Assembly: GCA_041191645.1 (NCBI GenBank)
Contig: JBEEOK010000066.1
Span: 53,232 to 117,231 of the forward strand
Length of the DNA stretch: 64,000 bases
Origin: Actinomycetota bacterium
GTDB taxonomy: Bacteria; Actinomycetota; Actinomycetes; Actinomycetales; Microbacteriaceae
Direction: 5' to 3'
Below the pieces are notes generated by a model that ran no database searches, had not been told where the DNA came from, and saw only the letters and a program-made list of their open reading frames with translations. Made by a program: the position numbers and the translations under genes. This document shows, in pieces, positions 30,275 through 40,348 of this stretch (the stretch's first letter is position 1; the number at the start of each line of letters is the position of its first letter).

Positions 30275-31150
30275 TTATTCCTTGCCTAAATCTCGGTGTT
30301 TGACCGTTACTGATACATCTTGAATCTTTTGCAGTTCCGCAGCAATTCGTTTGGAGATTGCCACTGATCGGTGTTTGCCACCCGTGCAACCGATTGCGAT
30401 AGTGGCATATCTCTTGTTCTCGTTGAGATAACCACGCAGGACCGGCTGGAGTGCTGCCACGTAGTGCTCAACAAACTCTTGGGCACCATCTTGGCTCAAT
30501 ACAAAATCTGAAACCGCCTGGTCTTCGCCGGTAAACGGCCTGAGCGTTTCTTGCCAGAACGGGTTTGGCAGAAAACGTGCATCGGCAACCAAGTCGGCAT
30601 CTGACGGCAAACCGTATTTAAAACCAAACGACATGACGTTGATTTGCAACTTGGAGGTTTGTTCCAAGGTGAAACCATCTGCGATTTTATTTGAAAGCTG
30701 GTGAATGTTGAGTTCGCTGGTATCGATAACCACATCTGCCGACTCGCGAAGGCTCAGCAAGCGGTTTCGCTCTTCGGCAATTCCGTCGAGAATGGTGCCA
30801 CTACCCTGGAGTGGGTGTGGGCGGCGCACCGATTCAAACCGCTTCACCAAGGCTGCATCGGTTGCCTCCAAAAAAAGCAACCGAAGATTGAGGCTGCGAC
30901 TGCGAAGCGATGCCAGGTGCGTTTGCAGCTCTGAGAAAAACTGGCCACCACGAACGTCAATCACTACCGCAAGTCTTGGTAACGGCGTCTTGGTTAGGGT
31001 GAAAAGATCGGCGATCGGGTCCAGCATCTGTGGCGGAAGGTTATCGACTACGTACCAGCCAAGATCCTCGAGCGCGTTACCTACGGTTGATCGACCAGCC
31101 CCAGACATGCCGGTAACAATCAAAAGTTCATGCTTCTTATCTGCGTTCAA
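30275..31150 (-). CDS. rapZ: RNase adapter RapZ (YvcJ)
   Basis: [32 protein letters not shown]. Confidence 0.95.
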   Translation of the reverse strand: MNADKKHELLIVTGMSGAGRSTVGNALEDLGWYVVDNLPPQMLDPIADLFTLTKTPLPRLAVVIDVRGGQFFSELQTHLASLRSRSLNLRLLFLEATDAALVKRFESVRRPHPLQGSGTILDGIAEERNRLLSLRESADVVIDTSELNIHQLSNKIADGFTLEQTSKLQINVMSFGFKYGLPSDADLVADARFLPNPFWQETLRPFTGEDQAVSDFVLSQDGAQEFVEHYVAALQPVLRGYLNENKRYATIAIGCTGGKHRSVAISKRIAAELQKIQDVSVTVKHRDLGKE

Positions 31151-31199
31151 AACACCCTCCCCTCGGTTGACTTTGACGTGAATAAGCTGAGTGCTTCAC

Positions 31200-31222
31200 A
31201 GTCTACCGAAGTGCGACACGCC
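31200..31222 (-). promoter_or_regulatory. rapZ-whiA promoter with putative WhiA GACAC box
   Basis: Minus strand GGCGTGTCG-CACTTCGG-TAGACT. Confidence 0.5.
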
Positions 31223-31233
31223 GAAGCGGTTTT

Positions 31234-33102
31234 TTAGATTTCTAACCGATTAACAATCTCCAGAGCCAGAGTTGGGCCGATTCCGGCCACCGATGAAATT
31301 TCGTCCGCGTTGGCAATTCGCAGACGCTTTGCCGAGCCAAAATGTTTGAGAAGCGCTGACACTCGCTTCTCGCCCAGCCCTGGAATCTCTGATAGCTCCG
31401 ATGCAATACTGCTCTTGCGCTTCTGGCGCTGGTAGGTGATGGCAAAGCGGTGTGCCTCATCGCGAATTCGTTGTAGAAGAAAGAGCTCATCGGTGGCTCT
31501 CGGCATAATCACCGGGTAATCCTCGCCGGGGCGCCAAATTTCTTCGAGGCGCTTGGCCAAACCAACTACCGTTAGCCCGGTAACCCCAGACTCGTTTACG
31601 GCCCGTTGAGCGGCATTTACCTGTGGCAAACCACCGTCAACTATTAGTAGCGAGGGAAAGTAGCTGAACTTACTGCTGCTGGACTCAATGCTGTCGGCCG
31701 AGGTATCAGTTTCAGGATCTTTTAGGTACTTCAGTCTTCGAGTAAGAACCTGATAGATCGAATCAGTGTCATCGGAGGTGTTTTCAATCGAGAACCTGCG
31801 GTAGTGATCTTTCTTGGGAAGGCCATCTTCAAAGACCACCATGGATGCCACTACGCCGGTTCCACCGAGGTGTGAAACATCAAAGCACTCGATTCTTAGC
31901 GGTGCGTTATCGAGCTGCAGGGCGCGCTGAATACCAGCAAGAGCGTCGGCACGAGCGGTGAAGTCAGCACTCCTGCGGGTCTTATAGAGCATGAGTGAGT
32001 GCTTTGCGTTGGTTAGAGCAGTTTCAGCCAAAGCTGCCTTGTCACCGCGCTGAGCAACTCTGACATCCACCTTGGTTCCCCGCAAGGCACTGAGCCAACG
32101 ATTGATCTCCTTGGCATCATCTGGGAGTGCCGGTACCAAAATCTCTTTCGGAATATCTGCCGCTTGGCTCGAGCCATAAACGTTCTGCAGCACGTATTCG
32201 ACTATCTCGGGAAGACTCCGTTCAAGTTCTTTGTCAACTACCCAGCCGCGAACACCACGAATACGACCACCGCGAACGATGAATTGCGAGACAGCTGCGG
32301 CCAGCTCATCATCTGCAATTCCAAACAAGTCGGCATCGGTGTGGTCACTGAATACGACAGTGCTCTTCTCAAGCACCCGCTCGAGAGCCTCAACGTTGTC
32401 TCGAAGCCGCCCAGCTAACTCATACTGCTGATTTTCGCTAGCCTCATACATTTTTGCTCTGAGGGTTTCAACGTGGGCCGTGTCGCCCCCGGCCATGAAG
32501 TCGATGAATTCCTTAGCAATTGTTTTGTGCTCGGCCTTGGTTACTCTATCCACGCACGGGGCCGCACACTTGCCAATGTCACCAAGAAGGCAAGCCCGGT
32601 TGGCCGCCTTGGCACGCTGATACACGCCTTTCGAGCATGAACGCACTGGGTAGACCTTGAGTAAGGTGTCCAGGGTTTCTCGCACGGCCCAGGCTTGGGT
32701 GTAGGGGCCAAAATACCTAACGCCCTTAACCTCACGATTGCGCGTGATGAATGCGCGGGGTACTTCGTCCGAGATTGATACCGCTAGATACGGGTAGCTT
32801 TTGTCGTCCTTGAAACGAACATTGAAAGGAGGGTCGTACTCCTTGATCCAGGTGAACTCAAGTTGAAGCGCCTCGTATTCAGTCTTAACGATGGTCCACT
32901 GCACATCAGCTGCCGAGGTGACCATTCTTCTGGTGCGCTCATGCAGGCTCTCGAGCGGCCCAAAATAGCTACTTAGTCTGGCCCGTAGATTTTTGGCCTT
33001 GCCAACATAGAGCACACGCCCGCTAGCATCTAGCCAGCGATAGACTCCCGGCTCAGTAGGAATCTCGCCGGTTTTGGGCCTAAACGAGAGGGCATCAGCC
33101 AT
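31234..33102 (-). CDS. uvrC: Excinuclease ABC subunit C
   Basis: [38 protein letters not shown], HhH. Confidence 0.97.
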   Translation of the reverse strand: MADALSFRPKTGEIPTEPGVYRWLDASGRVLYVGKAKNLRARLSSYFGPLESLHERTRRMVTSAADVQWTIVKTEYEALQLEFTWIKEYDPPFNVRFKDDKSYPYLAVSISDEVPRAFITRNREVKGVRYFGPYTQAWAVRETLDTLLKVYPVRSCSKGVYQRAKAANRACLLGDIGKCAAPCVDRVTKAEHKTIAKEFIDFMAGGDTAHVETLRAKMYEASENQQYELAGRLRDNVEALERVLEKSTVVFSDHTDADLFGIADDELAAAVSQFIVRGGRIRGVRGWVVDKELERSLPEIVEYVLQNVYGSSQAADIPKEILVPALPDDAKEINRWLSALRGTKVDVRVAQRGDKAALAETALTNAKHSLMLYKTRRSADFTARADALAGIQRALQLDNAPLRIECFDVSHLGGTGVVASMVVFEDGLPKKDHYRRFSIENTSDDTDSIYQVLTRRLKYLKDPETDTSADSIESSSSKFSYFPSLLIVDGGLPQVNAAQRAVNESGVTGLTVVGLAKRLEEIWRPGEDYPVIMPRATDELFLLQRIRDEAHRFAITYQRQKRKSSIASELSEIPGLGEKRVSALLKHFGSAKRLRIANADEISSVAGIGPTLALEIVNRLEI

Positions 33103-35966
33103 TAACTAAGCATTTCTTTCAAGAAGCCACCGGTGAATGAATCAACATTCTTGGCCACAGTCTCTGGTGTGCCAATCGCAACTACTTGACCACCGCGAGA
33201 CCCTCCCTCTGGACCCATGTCGATAATCCAGTCGGCACACTTAATAACATCAAGGTTGTGCTCAATCACGAGCACTGTGTTGCCCTTGTCGACTAGCCCG
33301 TTCAAAACCAACAGCAACTTGCGCACGTCCTCGAAGTGCAATCCAGTGGTCGGTTCGTCCAGCACATAAATGCTTCGGCCGTTAGAGCGGCGTTGTAGTT
33401 CCGTAGCAAGTTTTACTCGCTGAGCCTCGCCACCAGACAATGTCGTGGCACTCTGACCAAGACGCACGTAACCTAGGCCAACCTCAACTAGTGTGTCCAG
33501 GTAGCGTGAAATTGAAGTGATTGCAGCAAAGAACTCGGCCGCCTCCGCGATCGGCATTTCGAGAACTTCGGCAATGTTCTTTCCCTTATAAAGCACCTGA
33601 AGAGTCTCACGGTTATAGCGGGCACCATGGCATACCTCGCAAGCCACGTAGACATCTGGCAAAAAATTCATCTCGATCTTGAGGGTGCCATCACCAGAGC
33701 AGGCCTCGCAGCGCCCACCCTTTACGTTGAACGAGAAGCGCCCCTGCTGGTATCCGCGAGCCTTTGCCTCTTGAGTTTCGGCAAATAACTTACGAATGTG
33801 GTCAAAAACGCCGGTGTAGGTTGCCGGGTTAGACCGCGGTGTGCGACCAATTGGATTCTGGTCAACATGCACGACCTTATCTAGCAAGTCGATTCCCTCG
33901 ACTCGTGTATGGCGACCAGCCACACCCTTTGCGCCGTTGAGGCTGTTAGCCAGCACCTCATACAGCACATCGTTCACCAGTGATGACTTTCCCGAGCCGC
34001 TAACTCCAGTGACCGCGGTCAAAACACCTAGTGGAAACTCAACATCAACATTTTGAAGGTTATTTTCACGCGCTCCAACTACCTTGAGCTTGCGTTTTGG
34101 GTCGATTTTGCGGCGGGACTTAGGGGTTGAAATCGCCTCGAGGCCAGAAAGAAACGCGCCGGTCAGTGATTTGTCGTTCTTAAGTAGGTCAGCGTATGGC
34201 CCGCTGTGAACCACCTCACCACCGTTGACACCAGCTCCAGGGCCAATGTCGACAACCCAGTCTGATGCCTTGATGGTGTCTTCATCATGCTCAACTACGA
34301 TCAGCGTGTTTCCTAGATCGCGCAACTTAATCAGGGTGTCAATTAGGCGGCGGTTGTCACGCTGGTGCAGACCGATTGATGGCTCATCGAGAACATAAAG
34401 CACGCCGGTTAGACCTGAACCAATCTGGGTGGCCAAGCGAATGCGCTGGGCTTCCCCTCCGGAAAGGCTTCCAGCTGCGCGCTCAAGCGAAAGATAGTCG
34501 AGTCCCACAGCGATGAGAAAGTCCAGTCGCGCACGAATCTCGCGAAGAACCTGAGCCGCGATCTTTACATCGCGTTCAGCTAGAACTAGGTTCTCGAAAA
34601 ACTTCACGGCATCGCCCAGACTCATGGCAGCTACCTGAGCAATGCTTAGGTCGGCAACCTTGACTGCCAGTACCTCTGGCTTCAACCTTTGGCCGCTACA
34701 GGCCGGACAAGGAATTTCTCTTAGGAAGCCAGACCACTTGGCACGCGCGTAATCATTCTCTGACTCGAGGTACTTGCGTTCAATGTAGCTGAGTACGCCT
34801 TCGAAGCCCGTCGTGTAGCGCAGCTCACGGCCGTATTTGTTCTTCCATTTAACCTGTACGTCAAAATTGTTTCCGTGCAGAACGGCCTGTTGAACCTCAT
34901 CTGGCAGTTGATTCCACGGGGTATCCAGAGAGAAATCTAAGTCGTCAGCTAGGCCCTCGAGCATTCTGGAAAAGTAGTGGAAGAGACCCTTGCCCTGGGT
35001 TGACCAAGGGAGGATAACTCCCCCATTGATGCTGGCATCGGTATCGCCAATCACGAGTTCGGCATCGACGGCCTGCTTCACGCCAAGGCCGGAGCACTGT
35101 GGGCACGCTCCAAAGGGTGCGTTAAACGAAAAGGTGCGTGGCTCAATCTCGGTCAGGCTGAGAGCGTGCTCGTTGGGGCAAGACATTCGTTCGCTGAATA
35201 CCCGAGTCTTGGCAGGACCTGCAGGCTCATCAACTAGGTCAATCAATATTCGGCCATTTGCCAATTTGAGACCAGTCTCAACAGAATCGGCCAAACGACC
35301 AATGATCTCCTGCTTGGCAACCAATCGGTCAATTACCACTGAGATGTCATGTTTGAAGGTTTTTTTCAGAGGCTTGGCATCGGCAAGCTGTATGACCTCA
35401 CCGTCGACCACCGCTCTGGCATAGCCCTGAGCGTTGAGTTCTTTGAACAGGTCAACAAACTCACCCTTTTTTTGGTCAACCACCTGGGCCAGAATCTGAA
35501 AACGAGTTCCCTCTGGCAGTTCAAGAATTTGATCGACAATCTGCTGGGGTGTCTGTTTAACGATCCTCTCGCCACATTCGGCGCAGTAAGGCACACCCAC
35601 TCGAGCCCAGAGCAATCGCAGGTAATCGTGAATTTCGGTAATCGTACCCACCGTGGAACGCGGGTTTCGGTTGGTTGACTTTTGGTCAATCGATACGGCG
35701 GGACTTAGGCCCTCAATGAAATCAACATCGGGGCGGTCTACCTGCCCGAGAAACTGTCGTGCATAAGCCGAAAGAGACTCCACATAGCGGCGTTGGCCCT
35801 CAGCAAAAATTGTGTCGAATGCCAATGAAGATTTTCCAGATCCACTCAGCCCGGTGAAGACCACCATCGAGTCACGAGGTACCTCAAGATTCACATTCTT
35901 GAGGTTGTGAACCCGGGCGCCCTTGATGATGAGCTTGTTCTCGTGGTGAATTGGCGTAATTGGCAT
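33102..35966 (-). CDS. uvrA: Excinuclease ABC subunit A
   Basis: [26 protein letters not shown], two ABC modules, Zn fingers. Confidence 0.98.
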   Translation of the reverse strand: MPITPIHHENKLIIKGARVHNLKNVNLEVPRDSMVVFTGLSGSGKSSLAFDTIFAEGQRRYVESLSAYARQFLGQVDRPDVDFIEGLSPAVSIDQKSTNRNPRSTVGTITEIHDYLRLLWARVGVPYCAECGERIVKQTPQQIVDQILELPEGTRFQILAQVVDQKKGEFVDLFKELNAQGYARAVVDGEVIQLADAKPLKKTFKHDISVVIDRLVAKQEIIGRLADSVETGLKLANGRILIDLVDEPAGPAKTRVFSERMSCPNEHALSLTEIEPRTFSFNAPFGACPQCSGLGVKQAVDAELVIGDTDASINGGVILPWSTQGKGLFHYFSRMLEGLADDLDFSLDTPWNQLPDEVQQAVLHGNNFDVQVKWKNKYGRELRYTTGFEGVLSYIERKYLESENDYARAKWSGFLREIPCPACSGQRLKPEVLAVKVADLSIAQVAAMSLGDAVKFFENLVLAERDVKIAAQVLREIRARLDFLIAVGLDYLSLERAAGSLSGGEAQRIRLATQIGSGLTGVLYVLDEPSIGLHQRDNRRLIDTLIKLRDLGNTLIVVEHDEDTIKASDWVVDIGPGAGVNGGEVVHSGPYADLLKNDKSLTGAFLSGLEAISTPKSRRKIDPKRKLKVVGARENNLQNVDVEFPLGVLTAVTGVSGSGKSSLVNDVLYEVLANSLNGAKGVAGRHTRVEGIDLLDKVVHVDQNPIGRTPRSNPATYTGVFDHIRKLFAETQEAKARGYQQGRFSFNVKGGRCEACSGDGTLKIEMNFLPDVYVACEVCHGARYNRETLQVLYKGKNIAEVLEMPIAEAAEFFAAITSISRYLDTLVEVGLGYVRLGQSATTLSGGEAQRVKLATELQRRSNGRSIYVLDEPTTGLHFEDVRKLLLVLNGLVDKGNTVLVIEHNLDVIKCADWIIDMGPEGGSRGGQVVAIGTPETVAKNVDSFTGGFLKEMLS

Positions 35967-36000
35967 CTTTGAAGTTTAACCTTGCATTCTGCGGCCGCGT

Positions 36001-38076
36001 TTAGACGTGACCGGCCTTTTCCATTTGTCGCAACTCGTGTTTGAGTTCGGAAATCTCATCGCGAAGCCTTGCAGCCAGCTCAAATTTGAGTTCGACGGCG
36101 GCCTCTTTCATTTGGGCATCAAGATCCACGATGACCGCCAAAATCTCTTCTTGCGCCATTGATGCAATGCCCTTTCGAGCCTTAACCGGAATAACCGATT
36201 TTCCATCGCGCGTTTTCTTCTTGCCGGCCTGCTCAAGCAGCTCTGCAGTGTCTTGCTCTTCGCGCAAAATCTGATCGGTGATGTCTGCAATCTTTTTGCG
36301 CAATGGCTGCGGATCAATACCGTGCGCTTTGTTGTAGGCAACCTGCTTGGCTCTTCGGCGGTTAGTTTCCTCAATCGCCCGCGACATTGAATCGGTCAGG
36401 TTATCGGCATACATGTGAACTTGGCCATTGATGTTTCGAGCAGCACGGCCAATGGTCTGAATAAGCGATGTGGTTGAGCGCAAGAAGCCCTCTTTGTCTG
36501 CATCAAGAATGCTCACCAACGAAACCTCTGGCAGATCCAAACCTTCGCGCAAAAGATTAATTCCAATCAACACATCAAATACACCGCTGCGCAGCTCGCG
36601 CAATAATTCCACGCGGCGAAGCGTGTCTACGTCTGAATGAAGGTATCTCACTCGAACGCCTGCCTCGGTCAAAAAGTCGGTCAGCTCTTCGGCCATTTTC
36701 TTGGTGAGTGTGGTTACCAAAACACGCTCATCACGGCTGGCGCGAACTCTGATTTCTTCGAGCAAGTCATCAATCTGGCCCTTGCTAGGTTTGATGACAA
36801 TCTCTGGGTCAACCAAACCGGTTGGGCGAATAATTTGCTCGACAACTCCGGCGCCGAGGTTCATCTCGTACTTACCAGGGGTTGCCGAAAGGTAAACGGT
36901 CTGCCCGACCCGTTCTTGGAACTCGCTAAATTTCAGTGGGCGGTTATCCAAGGCCGATGGAAGTCGGAAACCGTACTCAACCAAATTACGCTTACGGCTT
37001 GAGTCACCTTCATACATGGCACCGATCTGCGGCACGGTTACGTGAGATTCGTCAATAACGGTCAAAAAATCCTCTGGGAAATAGTCCAGCAGGCAACTTG
37101 GTGCCGATCCAGGCTCGCGCCCGTCGATGTGTCTCGAATAATTTTCGATACCCGAACAGAAACCCAGTTCGTTAATCATTTCTAGATCAAAAGTGGTGCG
37201 CATCTTTAGGCGCTGTGCCTCAAGAAGTTTTCCCTGCGATTCCAACTCCTTCACGCGCCAGACCAGTTCTTCTTCAATGCCCTCAATAGCTTTACCCATT
37301 CGATCTGGGCCGGCCATGTACAGTGACGCCGGGAATATTGAGACGGCTGATTCAGTGCGCGCTATCTCACCGGTTAGTGGGAATAGTGAATAAAGGGCCT
37401 CAATCTCATCGCCGAAGAACTCAATCCGAATGGCCATTTCTTCGTTGACCGGGATGATTTCAATGGTGTCGCCTTTGACACGGAAGTTACCGCGCGAGAA
37501 GTCGATGTCATTGCGTGCGTACTGCATGCCGACAAAACGGCGAATGAGGTCATCGCGGTCAATCTGCATTCCTACCTGCAGGGAGACGCGCGAATTTAGG
37601 TACTCCTCGGGAGCGCCGAGACCGTAAATGCAAGAAACAGTGCTGACCACCACCACATCGCGGCGGCTGAGCAGGCTGGTGGTCGCCGAATATCTCAAGC
37701 GCTCCACCTCTTCATTGATTGAAGAGTCCTTTTCAATGAAGGTGTCGGTCTGGGCTACGTATGCCTCAGGTTGGTAATAGTCGTAGTAACTTACGAAGTA
37801 CTCAACGGCGTTGTTCGGCAGCAGTGATCTGAACTCATTCACCAACTGAGCCGCAAGAGTTTTGTTGTGCGCAAGGACCAATGTTGGCCGCTGAACCGCC
37901 TCGATAAGCCAGGCTGTGGTGGCAGACTTACCGGTACCCGTGGCACCAAGTAGCACAACATCTTTTTCGCCAGCGTTTATGCGAGCTGCAAGTTCAGCGA
38001 TTGCGGTGGGCTGGTCACCAGAAGGTGTGTACTCGCTGATTACCTCAAAGGGTGCAAAAGATCTGGTGGCTTCCAT
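36001..38076 (-). CDS. uvrB: Excinuclease ABC subunit B
   Basis: [29 protein letters not shown] domain; start moved to ATG 38076. Confidence 0.98.
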   Translation of the reverse strand: MEATRSFAPFEVISEYTPSGDQPTAIAELAARINAGEKDVVLLGATGTGKSATTAWLIEAVQRPTLVLAHNKTLAAQLVNEFRSLLPNNAVEYFVSYYDYYQPEAYVAQTDTFIEKDSSINEEVERLRYSATTSLLSRRDVVVVSTVSCIYGLGAPEEYLNSRVSLQVGMQIDRDDLIRRFVGMQYARNDIDFSRGNFRVKGDTIEIIPVNEEMAIRIEFFGDEIEALYSLFPLTGEIARTESAVSIFPASLYMAGPDRMGKAIEGIEEELVWRVKELESQGKLLEAQRLKMRTTFDLEMINELGFCSGIENYSRHIDGREPGSAPSCLLDYFPEDFLTVIDESHVTVPQIGAMYEGDSSRKRNLVEYGFRLPSALDNRPLKFSEFQERVGQTVYLSATPGKYEMNLGAGVVEQIIRPTGLVDPEIVIKPSKGQIDDLLEEIRVRASRDERVLVTTLTKKMAEELTDFLTEAGVRVRYLHSDVDTLRRVELLRELRSGVFDVLIGINLLREGLDLPEVSLVSILDADKEGFLRSTTSLIQTIGRAARNINGQVHMYADNLTDSMSRAIEETNRRRAKQVAYNKAHGIDPQPLRKKIADITDQILREEQDTAELLEQAGKKKTRDGKSVIPVKARKGIASMAQEEILAVIVDLDAQMKEAAVELKFELAARLRDEISELKHELRQMEKAGHV

Positions 38077-38086
38077 GTCTCTAGTA

Positions 38087-38698
38087 CTAAGCAGAAAACT
38101 TAGCTTGTGCTTCCCGTTGAATTCGAGCCCAAAGCGATTCAGCATCCTTGAGGAGCAGGATAAGGTCTTGATTTGAGTTGAGAATAACGTCGGCAGCGTT
38201 AGCGCGCTGGGCTGGGGTTGCCTGGGCGGCTATGCGGGCTTCGGCGTCAGCTTTAGCCATTCCGCGCAACTTAACCAGTCGATCAACCTGCTTTTCGAGT
38301 GGCGCCTCGACTGTCACCACTAAATCAAACGGTAGGTATACCGCTGCCTCAACCAGTAGAGGCACGTTGTAGATGACAATCGCGTCAGGTGATTGTTCGG
38401 CTAACTTTTGCTGAGCCATTGAACGCACTATTGGGTGAATTATGTTCTCGAGTTTGGCTCGCGCTTCGGCATTCTCGAAAACCAGCGTGCCAAGGGCTTT
38501 GCGGTCTAAGTTTCCCTCAGCATCAAATACCGATTCACCAAACTCTTGAAGCACCGCTAACGCACCAGCTGAACCAGGTGCAACCGCCTCGCGGGCAAGT
38601 TGGTCGGCATCGATTTCAACGCCGCCGTGACGGGCCCAGTAATCGGCAACGGTAGACTTGCCGGCCGCGATTCCACCGGTTAACCCAACTAGATACAT
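38087..38698 (-). CDS. coaE: Dephospho-CoA kinase
   Basis: [26 protein letters not shown]. Confidence 0.95.
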   Translation of the reverse strand: MYLVGLTGGIAAGKSTVADYWARHGGVEIDADQLAREAVAPGSAGALAVLQEFGESVFDAEGNLDRKALGTLVFENAEARAKLENIIHPIVRSMAQQKLAEQSPDAIVIYNVPLLVEAAVYLPFDLVVTVEAPLEKQVDRLVKLRGMAKADAEARIAAQATPAQRANAADVILNSNQDLILLLKDAESLWARIQREAQAKFSA

Positions 38699-38713
38699 GT
38701 GTCTAGCCTAAAC

Positions 38714-38749
38714 AAAAAGGAGGCCGACCAAATGGCCGACCTCCTTTTT
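38714..38749 (-). terminator. rpsA terminator
   Basis: Minus strand GGAGGTCGGCC-ATTT-GGTCGGCCTCC-TTTTT; its two G-U pairs form only on this strand. Confidence 0.8.
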
Positions 38750-38759
38750 ATAGCTGTGA

Positions 38760-40217
38760 TTACTCAGCGCTCTTTAGCTTGTCGCGAAGAGCTGCAAGTG
38801 ACTCGTCAGAAGCCAAGGTGCCGGTCTCTGCTGACTCGCTTGAGTAGCTGCTTGAAGAAGCTGCTGCTGATGCCTCTGGAGCCTCAGGAAGCTTTGCTGC
38901 TGCCTCGTTGGCGGCGGCAACCTGCTTCTTGTGCTCTTCCCAACGGGCGTGAGCTTCAGCGTATTCCTTCTCCCACTTGCTACGAGCCTCTTCGAAGCCT
39001 GGCTTCCACTCGTTGGTGGTTGCGTCGAAGCCCTCTGGGTACTTGTAGGTACCGTTCTCGTCGTAGTCTGCAGCCATACCGTATAGAGCTGGGTTGAATT
39101 CGGTGCCCTCTGGGTCAACCTCTTCGTTAGCCTGCTTTAGCGATAGTGAAATGCGGCGACGGTCTAGGTCGATGTCGATTACCTTGACGAAAACGTCCTG
39201 GTTCACAGCAACAACCTGCTCGGCTAGTTCGATGTGCTTTGAAGATAGCTCTGAGATGTGGACTAGGCCCTCGATGCCGTCTGCAACGCGAACGAATGCA
39301 CCGAAAGGAACCAACTTGGTGACCTTACCTGGAGCGTACTGTCCGATTGCGTGGGTACGAGCGAATACCTGCCATGGGTCTTCCTGTGTTGCCTTTAGAG
39401 ATAGTGATACGCGCTCGCGCTCCTGGTCAACCTCTAGAACCTCTACGGTAACTTCCTGACCAATCTCAACAACCTCAGAAGCGTGCTCGATGTGCTTCCA
39501 TGAAAGCTCTGAAACGTGAACAAGACCGTCTACGCCACCAAGGTCAATGAACGCACCGAAGTTAACGATCGATGAAACCACACCGGTACGGATCTGGCCC
39601 TTAGCAAGGTCTGCAAGGAAGGTGCTGCGTGAAGCAGACTGTGACTCTTCGAGAAGAGCACGACGTGAAAGCACAACGTTGTTGCGGTTCTTGTCTAGCT
39701 CAAGAATCTTGGCTTCAACCTTCTGGCCAAGGTATGGGCCTAGGTCGCGAACGCGGCGAAGCTCGATTAGAGATGCAGGAAGGAAGCCACGAAGACCGAT
39801 GTCTACGATCAGACCACCCTTAACAACCTCGATAACAACACCGTTAACAGTGCCGTCTGCTTCTTTGATCTTCTCAACATCGCCCCATGCACGCTCGTAC
39901 TGTGCACGCTTCTTTGAAAGGATTAGGCGGCCTTCTTTGTCTTCCTTCTGAAGAACAAGGGCCTCAACTGCGTCGCCAACGCTAACGATCTCTGATGGAT
40001 CTGCGTCGTGACGGATTGAAAGTTCACGAGAAGGGATTACACCTTCAGTCTTGTAACCGACGTCTAGTAGAACTTCGTCGCGGTCGATCTTTACAACGGT
40101 TCCAGTAATTAGGTCGCCGTCGTTGAAGAACTTCAGAGTTGCTTCTACAGCTGCTAGGAAGTCTTCTGCAGAGCCGATGTCATTTACAGCAATCTGCTTG
40201 GTGGTTTTGGTGGTCAT
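38760..40217 (-). CDS. rpsA: 30S ribosomal protein S1
   Basis: Four S1 repeats with the actinobacterial C-terminus (TLASDESLAALRDKL). Confidence 0.98.
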   Translation of the reverse strand: MTTKTTKQIAVNDIGSAEDFLAAVEATLKFFNDGDLITGTVVKIDRDEVLLDVGYKTEGVIPSRELSIRHDADPSEIVSVGDAVEALVLQKEDKEGRLILSKKRAQYERAWGDVEKIKEADGTVNGVVIEVVKGGLIVDIGLRGFLPASLIELRRVRDLGPYLGQKVEAKILELDKNRNNVVLSRRALLEESQSASRSTFLADLAKGQIRTGVVSSIVNFGAFIDLGGVDGLVHVSELSWKHIEHASEVVEIGQEVTVEVLEVDQERERVSLSLKATQEDPWQVFARTHAIGQYAPGKVTKLVPFGAFVRVADGIEGLVHISELSSKHIELAEQVVAVNQDVFVKVIDIDLDRRRISLSLKQANEEVDPEGTEFNPALYGMAADYDENGTYKYPEGFDATTNEWKPGFEEARSKWEKEYAEAHARWEEHKKQVAAANEAAAKLPEAPEASAAASSSSYSSESAETGTLASDESLAALRDKLKSAE

Positions 40218-40348
40218 ATTTATTTTTACTCTTAACGGGCACTTCTCTGGTCGCAGCAGAGTTTCCTTGGCTTTTCCGAGGAGTCTGTTACAACAATGGA
40301 TTGGTATGCGTCAAAACACATACTCTTCAATCCTAGCGGAGAAAGCCC

